Of a stretch of DNA of 64,000 bases, positions 31,746-42,832 are shown in pieces (position 1 is the stretch's first letter; every line of letters begins with the position of its first letter). The stretch comes from Thecamonas trahens ATCC 50062 (lineage: Eukaryota; Protista; Apusomonadida), in NCBI RefSeq assembly GCF_000142905.1, contig NW_013657678.1, forward strand, positions 124,001 to 188,000, read 5' to 3'. A program made the position numbers and the translations under genes. The notes under the pieces were generated by a model, which saw only the letters and a program-made list of their open reading frames with translations, was not told the DNA's origin and did no database searches.

Positions 31746-34700
31746 CTACCCGATCGTACGCACCATGCCTGGAGCTGGTCGCGAGGTGTCGGCTCGAGAG
31801 CGCGAGCGGGTGGAGCCAGCCCGGTCTCGACCACACACGCGCTCGCCGTCTCGCTGGAGCCCGCGCTCACGTTCCTTGCTCCTGTGCTTGGCCTTGGCTT
31901 TGGGCCTGGCGTTGGACTTGGACCTGGACTTGGACCTGGACTTGGACCTAGCCTTGGCCTTGCTCTTATCCTTGGCCTTGGCTTTGCTCCGCTTTCCTGC
32001 ACCCAGCTGCGGATCGTCGCGCCCATCGACAACAAAGTCATAGGCAGCTTCGACCTCGCGCTGCTTGTGCGAGAGCCGCTTTAGGCCTGCGCCGCGACGA
32101 GCGCCATACGTCCGCAGCGCCTTGGTCGTCGCAGACCGAGTGATGCCACCGGCGAGCGCCGGTGAGCGACGTGGCCGGTGCCGAAGCGGGGCAGCGTTGG
32201 TGCACGCTCGGGCTCGGGCGCAGCCACCTCGCCCGATTCAGAGAGGACGTGCGGCGAGCGCGAGCGCGACCGTGACTGCGAGCGCGAGGTCGAACGCGAG
32301 AGTGAGCCTGACGGCGACGATGACCGTGACGAGCCCGAGCGGGAGCGCAGCGGATCGAGCGACCTCTTGCGGTCGCGGGTCGGCAAGACCATGGCGACCG
32401 GCGGCGCAAGAAGGTTGCCCTCGGACGCGGTGGCTGGCTGCAGAAGACGCGGCGACGGCAATGTCGGTGTCGATGACGAGAGCATCAGCCGCGGATGCGA
32501 GTGGGTGCCCGACGAGTCGCGGCGTGCGCGGGTCGGCAAAGCTCCGCCTGAGCTTGTGCCTGCACCTTGCTCGCCGGCCTCCAGACTTGCCAGCGCCGAG
32601 ACGAGGTCGGAGCGAACGCCATCGTCCAGATTTCCCGTTTTGAGCACATGCTGCATGTACCGGCGGAGCGCCCGCTTGGCATTTGCTTCCTGCTGCAGGC
32701 GCGCCTTGAGGCGAGTGACTTTGGCCTTGAGCTTCTGAATCGACTCGGCGTCGATTTCGCGACGGGCCGCGAGGTAAGCATTGGCGTTGCTCGTCGCGCA
32801 CCCGTGTCCACCGCGAGCGTGGTGCTCGCGAAAGACGGCCATTTGCTCCTCCAGGTTGGTAGCGAGGTCGGCAACCTCGCGGGCACGAGTCTGCATGCTC
32901 TCGAGAAGGCCGGCAGTCTCGACGGCGGCCGCCGACAGCCGCGCAAGCTCGTTTCGCATCCGCACCGCCTCGTCGGCGCCGACCATCGACTGCTGCGCCT
33001 CAAACCGCGAGACAAGGTCGATGGTAGCAGTCTCGGACGCCACCAACTCTGACTCGAGGTTCGCGAGATCACTCAACAGCTGGGTATTCTCATGGCTCAT
33101 GAAAGCGAGCTCGCGGTCGAGCGCTGTGCCGTCGGCGCGCTCGCCTTCGGGTGCAAACTGGAACGGCACTCGGTGGTGGCCCTTGTCGGTCTCAAACGTC
33201 CGCTCCATGTGCTCGGGCGACGTCACCGAGTACATAGCCATCTTGGTGGCGATGCCCTTGAGCTCAAACGAGCCGAGCGCCGCCACCACAGGCGTATTCG
33301 CTGCTGACGAGCCTGCGAGGCACGGAGCAATCTCGGCTTGGACCGCGTCCGAGACCACAATCTGGCCGCCAGACGCGAGGCCCTCGACTCGGGCCGCACG
33401 GTTGACCATTGGGCCAAAGTAGTCCATGCGACCAGTGACTGGATCAAGCCGCGACTGTGGCGTACCCAAATGAATTCCCATCCGCACACGCAAGCCGCGC
33501 CAGATGAGCTCACCGGACGCGGCATGCTCCGGTCGCGTCAGCGGACGGCTGGCATCGAGCAGCGCCTCCGGCCAGGCCGCACGCAGCAGCGCGCTCTGCA
33601 AAAAGACTGCACACGCAATGGCATCCATGGCCGAGCGGAACGCAATCATAAATGCGTCGCCTTCAGTCTTGACCTCGTAGCCCGCGTACCGCGAAATGCC
33701 TTCGCGGACAACGTTGTTGTGAACCGCCAGCGCGGCAGCCATCACCTCGGCGTCTGACTCCCACAGCGCAGTTGAGCCCTGGATGTCGGTAAACATGAGC
33801 GTGAGTCGCCCGGTCGGCGCAGCAACCCCACAGTCGTTGCGGTCGTCGTCGGCGGCGGCAACCTGCAGCTTTTTCTGCACAATCTTGAACCGCTTGGCAA
33901 GACCTTGGGACCGCTCCAGTGCCGACCGCAGCTTGGCCTCGGCCTCGGCACGCTCGGCCTTGACCTCGGCCACAAACGCCCGTGCGCTGACCTGGGCCTG
34001 GGCTTGCTGAGCCTGGGCCTCGCTCAGGCGCGCAGCGAGGCTCTCGCACTCAGCGCGTGCAGCGTCGAGCTTGGTCTGCAGCTCGTCAACTTTGGTCTGC
34101 AGCGGCGCCTGCTCGGCGTCGATGTCGTAGAGCTCGAGCTCGAGCCTCCGATTAGCAGCCGCAAGCTCGTCGGCCCGCGCGTGCGCCGCATCGGCCTCGG
34201 CTCGCGCTTCACTAACCTCTTTGCGGAGCGAGGCCAGTTCGCATGCAACAGGGTCGGCGTCACTGGACTCGCCGTTGGCCGACACCCACTGCTCCAACGG
34301 CGGCAGCGCCGCGAGCAGCCGTGACGAGCACAGCAGCCCCAGCGCGCCCTGCACGCTCTGCGCCAGGCCGAGCACCTCGCTGACGTACAACATCAGCGTG
34401 CACTCGTCCGGCTGGTCCACAAACGCCTCGGGCTCGAAAATGGCGGCCGGAACGCTGAGCAATGCCTCGGCCTTGTGGGCCACCGCAGCAAGGCCCTTGG
34501 ACGGCCAGCTTGCCCGCGGCACAAGCGCCGCAAGGAGGCTGTGGAGTACCGTGCCGTCGGCCCAGTCGGTGGTAAAGTTGAGCAGCGGCTTGCCATCGGC
34601 GCCGGCGCACGTGCCGCGCTCGCCGATGACCTCGCGAACTTGCGCTAGAAGCTCCGACTTGGCCTTGCCTGCCCGCCGTGGGCTAGACACCGCCGGGCTC

Positions 34701-35340
34701 GACTCTTGACAAAGCCCGGGCATCCGCCGCCGGCCCTGCGCCGCGCGGAGCGCCAGATCCCACAAGAACATGATGCCGCGCTCGCCTTTGTCCAGATCTA
34801 GCAAGTCGGCGAGTGTACACCCAAGTCTCAACCCGCCGTCTTTGAGCAGCGCAAGGCAAGCGGCGGTGCATGCCACAGGGTCGTTCGTGCCGGGCCACCC
34901 GGGCTCGCGGACCACAGCCTTGTCCAGCACCATTGACGTGAGCGCGGGAAGCACGACAGTGAGCTGTTCTTGGAGCTCTTCCACCGGCTGCACGCCCCCT
35001 CCCATACACAGCGCACGCATTATCCACAACGGGTAAGTCTGGGCCGTGTGCATCCTCTCCCACCCTCTGTACATACGCGCCAAATACGCCGCGTAGAATG
35101 TTTGTCAGCTTGGCGCCCATCCGACAACACCAAGTGGTGGCTTGCCGAACAACGCCGGGCGCCAGCAAAGCGCAAGCCGGGAACCACCGCCATTCCGCAC
35201 ACACACACACACTAACACGCACACACATGACCTAAGCGTACCACATGTGCGTCTCCAAGTGCGCTATTTACCCAGGCAAGGAGGCCTGTCTTGAGCCGCG
35301 CCACCCGCCACGGCTCTACCCACCCATTGAACCGGTCCAT
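31746..35340 (-). CDS. Tandem calponin-homology - coiled coil - class III adenylyl cyclase - coiled coil/basic tail; exon 1 35340-35242, exon 2 from 34987, probable frameshift at 32188-32191
   Basis: KTGLLAWVNSALG (CH1), LLNFTTDWADGTVLHSLL...PDECTLMLYVSE (CH2); LMFTDIQGSTALWE, VKTEGDAFM, GLRVRMGIH, MDYFGPMVNRAARV, GGQI. Without the frameshift the ORF stops at 32081. Confidence 0.85.
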
Positions 35341-35493
35341 AGCGACACGACAGAGAAGCGTGTCGTGTTTGACTGTGGCAGCGCGGGTGAGCGCATAAAA
35401 AACGAGCCACACCTGCCAGGCGATCAGACATGCCACATGCGACGTGTCGGTACTGTTCGGTGTTGTTCGGAGCATTCCCGGCGCCAACCTCCG

Positions 35494-37797
35494 TCACGCC
35501 TGCAACTGGCGGTCGACAAGCTTCGAGTACGTGCCGCCGCGCGCAATGAGTTCGTCGTGGCTTCCAGCCTCGGCGATGCGCCCGTCCTCGACAACCACCA
35601 CCAAGTGGGCCTGACGAACCGTCGAGAGGCGATGGGCGATGATGAGTGCAGTCCGACCCTCCATGAGGTTATCGATGGCTTGCTGGACAAGAAACTCCGA
35701 CTCGGCGTCGAGCGCCGACGTCGCCTCGTCGAGGAGCAGGATCGATGGGTTGATCAGCAGCGCCCGGGCAATGGCGATGCGCTGCTTCTCGCCACCGGAA
35801 AGCCGCACACCACGCTCGCCGACCAGCGCATCATATCCACCCTCACACCGGGTGATAAACTCGTGGGCGTTGGCCCGTTTGGCGGCTTCCACAATCTCCG
35901 CAAACGAGGCCTCGGGCTTGGCGTACGCAATATTCTCGGCAATCGAGGTGGCAAAGAGTACCGGCTCTTGCGAGACCATGGCCATGTTCCCCCGGAGCCA
36001 GGCGAGATCAAGCTCGTCGAGCGGGACGCCGTCGATGATGATGGTGCCCGAGGAGGGCGAGTAGAACCGCTCAATGAGGGCCATGATCGTCGACTTGCCC
36101 GAGCCCGATGGGCCAACAAGCGCGGTGACAAAGCCCGGCTGGATGGTGAGCGAGACCGAGTCGAGAACAACCGTGTCCGGCCGGGTCGGATAAGAAAAGC
36201 TCACGTCGCGGAGCTCGATGGCGCCCGCAAGCTCTGGCAGTGAAACACCGACGCCCGGCTGCGTTGGCGGCAGCAGCGGCTTGCGGTCGAGGAGCGCAAA
36301 GATCCGCTCCGATGCACCAAGCGCCTGCATGACCGTCGTCCACAGTGAGGCCAGCGCCGCGAGATTGATACCCACGGTGAGGGTGTAGAGGAGAAAGGCC
36401 GTGAGCGAGCCCGCAGTCATCGAGCCGTGGAGCACAAGCCGGCCGCCGTACCACAGAACGAGCACAATGCCGAGTTCGGCGGCGAGGGTGACGCCGCCGA
36501 GGAACGACCCGTACGTCAGCGCAATTCTCTTACCGATGGCGTATGAAGCCTGAATGTCGCCAGTGTAGCGTGCCACTTCGTGCGACTCGTTGGAGAACGA
36601 GCGGACCGTCCGGATCTGTGCAATCGACTCTTCCGCCGTGGTGCCGGCTGTCGCCAGCGCGTCCTGAAATCCCTTGCGCAACCCGCGCAGCATCCGCCCG
36701 TAGATGACGGTAGCGATAGAGATGACCGGAACGACAGAGAGCATGACAAGCGTCAGCCGCCATGAGACGACGAAAAGGATGGCCACTCCACCGAGAATGG
36801 TGACTAGCGTCCGGGCAAACATCGAGATGTTGATGGTGACCGCGTTCTGCAGGACCTGCGTGTCTGACGAGAGCCTGTTGATGAGCTCGCCCGTCCGATT
36901 GGCGTCAAAGAACCCGATCTCTTGCGCCACAATCGACGCGTACAGCCGCGTTCGCAGTCGTGCCACCACGCGCTGCCCTGCAAGCGTGAACATCCAGCCG
37001 CGGACAAAAGAGCCAAGAGAGCCCAGAACAAAAACAACAATGAGCTGGAGGACCGATGTGGCGAGCTTATCCTCGCCGGCATGTGTGTCAGACGCTGTTC
37101 GGTCGTCTGAGACGGCCGAGATGATCTTGCCAAAGTACATCGGAATGGCCAGCGCCGCCGCCGCCGCCACCAGTAGCGCCACCAGGCCAACCGCAATAAT
37201 GCCCTTCTCCGGTCCGGCGAGCGAAATGAGCCGCGGCAGCGTCGCGCTTGGCGGGAGCTTGTCCAGACTGACGCTGCTGCCGCCAGCCTTGATCCCGCCG
37301 CCGGCCACGTCGCCGGCAGCATCGTTAATCCCAAGGTACCCGCCACGCCTCTCCGCCGCCAGCCTCAGATACGCATCGCGCGTGTCTGCGCGAACCACGA
37401 AAAAGGCGAGGACTTGCGTGAGCGCAAAAGCTAGGGCAGCAATGACCATGGCGTGGGTGAGCTCGGCCGATGCAGGATACGACGCCTCGTCAGCCCGGAG
37501 CACGACCACAGCCTTGACCACTGTAAAGACAAGGGCGGCAAAGTTGAACAAGCCCAGCAGTGGCGAGCCAAAGACCGCACGGTACGACGCCGCAAGCAGT
37601 AAGCCAGTGCCCACACACCGGACTACCGCCAAGCACACGAGATCAAACGTTGATGTCCGCACCGAGTATCCGCGCACCGATTGCCCGTCGGTCGCCCACC
37701 CGCGCTCTGCGCCCTCACCCACAAACGCCCCGCCCTGCGCCAGCAACTCCAGCAGGCTCAGCCCTATCAGGATCGCTGCTCCGTACTTGAGCTTCAT
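35494..37797 (-). CDS. ABCB half-transporter with N-terminal TMD0 (ABCB9/TAP-like)
   Basis: FFDANRTGELINRLSSD, Walker A GPSGSGKST, VSQEPVLF, LSGGEKQRIAIAR, LLLDEATSALD, IAHRLST. Confidence 0.93.
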   Translation of the reverse strand: MKLKYGAAILIGLSLLELLAQGGAFVGEGAERGWATDGQSVRGYSVRTSTFDLVCLAVVRCVGTGLLLAASYRAVFGSPLLGLFNFAALVFTVVKAVVVLRADEASYPASAELTHAMVIAALAFALTQVLAFFVVRADTRDAYLRLAAERRGGYLGINDAAGDVAGGGIKAGGSSVSLDKLPPSATLPRLISLAGPEKGIIAVGLVALLVAAAAALAIPMYFGKIISAVSDDRTASDTHAGEDKLATSVLQLIVVFVLGSLGSFVRGWMFTLAGQRVVARLRTRLYASIVAQEIGFFDANRTGELINRLSSDTQVLQNAVTINISMFARTLVTILGGVAILFVVSWRLTLVMLSVVPVISIATVIYGRMLRGLRKGFQDALATAGTTAEESIAQIRTVRSFSNESHEVARYTGDIQASYAIGKRIALTYGSFLGGVTLAAELGIVLVLWYGGRLVLHGSMTAGSLTAFLLYTLTVGINLAALASLWTTVMQALGASERIFALLDRKPLLPPTQPGVGVSLPELAGAIELRDVSFSYPTRPDTVVLDSVSLTIQPGFVTALVGPSGSGKSTIMALIERFYSPSSGTIIIDGVPLDELDLAWLRGNMAMVSQEPVLFATSIAENIAYAKPEASFAEIVEAAKRANAHEFITRCEGGYDALVGERGVRLSGGEKQRIAIARALLINPSILLLDEATSALDAESEFLVQQAIDNLMEGRTALIIAHRLSTVRQAHLVVVVEDGRIAEAGSHDELIARGGTYSKLVDRQLQA

Positions 37798-38340
37798 GTT
37801 GACAGTCGCACTTGCTGCTCCGCGCAAAACAACGAGCAGTGGCTTTGTCCCACCCCCACGCCAGCGCCCACGCCTCCTGCACCCTCACCTCGCCTCCTCG
37901 CTGCCGCCGGTCGCACCATGGCCACAGCAGACGGCGACTCGGCAATGGCATGACACTTTTGATGGGTTACGAACGACCGAGACGCGCAGAGCCCGGTGCA
38001 TGGGACCGACCACAGACGCGATCACAGAAGCCACATGCACATGTACCAAGTATCCACATAGCCTCTCCTCCCCCCCCTTCCCCCCTTTCCCCCTCCCCTC
38101 TCTTCGTCTCACTGCAGACCGCAAGCTGTGAATCAGAAAAGCCAGCCGAGCCACTCGTCTGTCACCTACCTGTCACCTGCGGCAAACGTTCACGCTGTTC
38201 CTCACTCCCGCAGCCCCCCTTCCCCCCCCCCCCCCCCACCCTTGCCCCGTACATCGCCAACACTCCTCACAATTGCCCCAACCCCGCCTATCACACACAC
38301 ACACACACACACAAGCTCCTGCACCATTCCATATCACGGT

Positions 38341-41300
38341 ATGCGCCCGTCTTCCGCTGTCTTCATGCTTCTTGTCGTGGCTGTGGCAGGTGTCTGGGCA
38401 ATCCCGGCCAGCAACACATACTGCGCTCTTCGGCCGCGTGTCTCTATTCATTCGGTCTACCCCGTTGGCTCCGGCTCAGACCGTACACTGCGCGCAGTGT
38501 CGGGTGCGTATGCAGCAAGTGCAAATGCTTCGTTCGACATCGACTACTTTCCGCATCCCATGCCTACCACCATCGATGACTACGCCCACTGGGTCAAGTC
38601 ACCCATCTCTGCAGATGTTCTGCCGTGGTACCCGCGCGGTGGCGGGTACACCATCTTTGATGGCGACCACTATGAGCCGCTCGACGACCTGTGGGCAGCA
38701 TCGGATCTAGGCTCGGACCTCCCGCAGCCGGCCATCCGGGCATGTCGCGGTGCGGACGGTGTCATGTATGCTGTCCCACTCGTCGCCGAGTCGCAATTCT
38801 GCGTCTACCGCGAATCGTTCTTTGCGGCGCGTGGCCTCTCAGCGCCGCGCTCGTGGTCCGAGTTCCTCCAGCTCTGTGCCGCTGTCTCGAGCGATGGCAC
38901 TGCTTGCCTTGCCACGGACTTTTCCTGGTTCCCGGCCTCTGCTGTCTTTGACTACCTTGCAATCCGGATGCACGGCAACGCGTTCTTCACCTCGTTTTCG
39001 AGGGAAACGTCTCGTTTACGGATCACCGTCTTATGGACACCTTTACCGAGTACGGCCGCCTGCTCGAGGCCGGCTACTTTGCGCCCACGCCCGAGTCGGG
39101 CTTTACCCTCATGCCTGACTCGAGCTGGCTCAAAGACAATCGTGCTGCCATGTACTGCGGCATCTCCGCCGCCACCGGTGTCCTCATCGGTGCCGGTGTA
39201 TCATCGACTGACCTCAAGGCTTTTGCATTCCCTCGCTATGATGGGTCACGCGGTAGTGCTGGTTCCGACACGCCCACCAACGCCGCGCTCTCACTTCTTA
39301 CCACGCTCTCCATTCCTCGCAACGCTCAGCACAAGACCGAGGCCAAGGACTTTCTGGCCTTCCTCTCACGGCGCGAGACAGCCGTCAACATCACGCTCCC
39401 TGCGCTTCAATCAGGGTTCCCCCTTCGCCTCTCGGCTGCCTCTCTCGCTGCCTCTTCGCGCGCGCGGCTTGGTGTCACCTTGCTCTCGGCCATGTCCGAG
39501 CGAGCGCCGCAGGTCTCGCGCTCGGCATTTGGCCCGAGCGAGCTCTCCATTGCATGGGGAGCTCTTCTTGACGCGATCAACCTCGGTGCAACGTCAGTGG
39601 ATCAAACGCGTGCCATGGCCGACGATAAGCTGCCGGTCATCGAGGCCACTCGCCAGGCACTGCTTAACCTGCTTACTATCTCTCCGATCGTCCAGCCGGG
39701 CGGAGGCTCATTTGCCGGCTCGGTCACAGTCACGCTCTCGACGCCCACCACCGGTGCCACCATTTACTACACCATTGACGGAACTGAGCCGCGCCTGTCA
39801 TCCGCTGAGTATTCGGGGGGGTTTGTGCTCTCCGCCAAGGGAACCATAGTGGTCCGGGCCTTTGCTGTCGCCTTTGGCCTCCACCGTTCTCCTGAAGTCT
39901 CTGCGTCGTTTGTAATAACCGCATCAAGCGATGCTCTCGTCGCTCGCCCGTCTGCCGCGGTCAGTGTTGGCATGGTGATTGGCGCTGCGGCAGGAGGCAT
40001 TTGCTTTGTCGCCTTGATCCTCGCTTTCGCTCTGGTTTTTCTCCGCCGAAAGCGCACCATGGTCCACTCGATTAACTCGAGTGCAGACCTCATCATCGAG
40101 CCTGAAAGCCTCCATCTGGAAGTTCATATTGGCTCGGGCTCGTTTGGCGAGGTGTGGAAGGGTACGTGGCGGTCGGCCAATGTGGCTGTCAAGCAACCGC
40201 GATCGTCAATCGTGTTTGACGTCGCTGCCTTTGCCGACGAGGCCCGCATCCTGCATCGCCTCCGCCACCCGCACATTGTTATTTTCATGGGCATTACCGT
40301 TAACCCTGCAGCAATCGTGACTGAGTACATGGATCGCGGCTCGATGTACCAAGTCCTTCACGATCCTTCGCTGTTCCTGCATCCATTGATTGTGCTCAAG
40401 TGGGCTCACAACATCACCATGGGCATGGCCTACTTGGCGGCGTCAGACGTCGTCCACGGCGACCTCAAGTCGCTCAACGTCCTCATCGACAACGCGTGGA
40501 CTCCCAAGATCTGTGACTTTGGCATGTCCACCATAATTCGCCCAATAGCCGAGGCCGAGAACGACGTGTCGTCGCACGGCAGCTTCTTCAACACGGCTCC
40601 ATCATCGCATGTCTCCTCGCTCACCCCGCTTGAGCTGGCCCTTGGTAGCACTGGCCATGACGAGTTGTACAATGTTGGAACCCTTCTCTGGGCTGCACCC
40701 GAGACTGTCTTCTCGGGTGCACCTGGCATGACATCGGCCTCGGACGCGTACTCGCTCGGCATCACGCTCTGGGAGCTGGCATCGCGGGCTGACCTGTTTC
40801 CTTCTGAAAACCCCTTAGCCGTGGCCCTCGATGCCCTCGAAGGTCGCCGCCCACCGCTGGCGGCCATCCCGCCGTCACTCGTCGACATTGTCCCGGTCAT
40901 CGAGGGACTGTGGGCCCAAGAGCCAGACGCCCGGCTGAGCTTTGACAGCGCTGTCGCCCAGCTCCAGTCTCTCTACTCGGTCGAGTCGGTGGTGTACCCG
41001 AGTCAGGACGCCCTGCCGAGTGGGCATGTCATCGTCATGCACTGCGAAGTGCGGCTGGTCCGTCGCGCCTTGATCAGCTCGCCGGCCGCACTCGGCGCGC
41101 CCCTCGCTGCCTTTCACACGCACCTTCCCAAAATGGCCCGTAAGGCCGGTGGGCATGTTCTTGCCTGGGGTCTCGGCTGGGTCACTATCACTCTCCACGG
41201 TTTGGTTCAGCTCCTCGACATGCTCAAACGCGTGACAGTCGTCGACCGAGGAGCGCTTCCCATCGCCACGCTCATTGTTCACGGTGAGCTCGAGACCGAG

Positions 41301-42632
41301 CCAAGTGTGGGACCCTGCAATCCGATGCTGAAAGGCCCTGTCATGGATGAGCTCGAGCTCATATGGCTTGCGCTCTTTGGCCAGATGCGGTGCGGGGAGC
41401 TGCAGCCTCCTCTCACACCAGCGGTCACGTACTGGGCAAATTCTGCCGCCACAGGCGAGGCTTCCGCCGGCCTCGTAGCGTCATCGTCCATGGCCGACCT
41501 CATCCACTCAGCCAACCATTCCCTTGCGATTGAGGTCCTGGAAATGCCGCTCGAATGCCGAATCGAAGGTCTCTTACAGATCATGCGGCCCGACGAGGTT
41601 GTCAGGCTCGACGGCTTACCCATCTCCAAACCTGTCGCGGGTGGCTCTTCGCCACCGTCCTTGGAAGACGGCGACAACAGCGTGGGCAATGTCGCGGCTC
41701 TGGCTGACTTTGCGCAGGCTGCGCCGTTTCTTCCCTCCAACTCGACCATCTCTCCGGCTGCTGGCGAGTCGTCGGTGCCCTCGCGCCAGCCGCTCGCCCT
41801 CTTCACCGGCATCACTCTCCGAAGGCTGGAGCAGCAAGCTGGCTCGACTCGGATTGGCTCGCTCGGGCTTGCGCGCACCGTTGTCTATCCACCGCTCGGC
41901 AACGCACCGGTTGTACTCAAGACGCTTGTGCGGCAAGCGCTGCCACCGCAGCAGCTTGTCGACTTTGTGCTCGCCGTCGCCACCGCCGCCAAGGCTTCAA
42001 CGCCGCACGCTCGCGGACCGCTAGCGGTCTGCGTCGAGCGCGGCTCGCTGGCATTCATCGTCCCGTACTTTGCGCACGGCTCGCTCGCCGACGTCATGGC
42101 CTCACGGCCGCAGCGCGGAGTAGGTGACCCTGGTGTTGTCCGCTCGCTTGCCATCGGGCTTGCCGATGCTGTGAACGACGTCCACGAGTGTTTGCCGAGA
42201 GGACACGGCGACGTCCGCCCGTCCAACTTTGGCGTCGAACGCTCCGGAACTAACTGGCATCTGTACGCCATCGACTTTGGCCTCGCATCGGTCGCTCGCT
42301 GTCAGGGCACGCTCACCGCCGCGCCCGCCACCGTCTACATCTCGCCCGAAGCTATGACCCACCTTCCGAACTCGCCTGCCGCTGACATGTTTGTCATCGG
42401 CACCATCCTTTTTGAGCTCGTCACCAGTCGGTCCGCCTTTAAGGGCACGCCGCTGGAGATCTGCTTTAAGATCCGGACCGGATCGCGGCCGGACATCGAC
42501 TCGTCGATCATCCGCTCGCCCATGCTCCGGTCCATCATTTCCCGCTGTTGGGACATGGATCACACCGCCCGCCCATCGTCACGAGACATGCTCGAAGTGC
42601 TGAAGAGCCTCAAGGACGTCGACTTTGGATGA
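38341..42632 (+). CDS. Receptor kinase: signal peptide, sugar-type solute-binding domain, Fn3-associated/chitobiase-C domain, TM, TKL kinase, degenerate cyclase-like region, second kinase domain; apparent frameshift at 38995-38998
   Basis: DGVMYAVP..VYRESFF...PRSWSEFL; PGGGSF..VTL..GATIYYTIDGTEP; IGSGSFGEV, VAVK, HGDLKSLN, DFG, WAAPE; second HGDVRPSN, DFG, YISPE. Confidence 0.85.
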
Positions 42633-42832
42633 AATGCGAGAGGTCGACGAGAAAAGGAATGGCAGCGACGCAAATGTAAACTTACCCAAACACCTCCGAT
42701 GCGGGCAAGCGTTTGATCATCAGTAGAGCTGCTGTCCAGCTCGACTTCCGGCTGCCCCCCCCCCCCCCCCCCCCCCGCCCCTCCCCCTGCCGCCGACGAG
42801 TCACTCCGCACGCACGCACACGCAACTCCGCC

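Noticed and set aside
38341-42632. Receptor kinase as a sign of giant-virus insertion
   Set aside because: Host-like GC and codon use, flanked by ordinary eukaryotic genes, and no viral hallmark genes.
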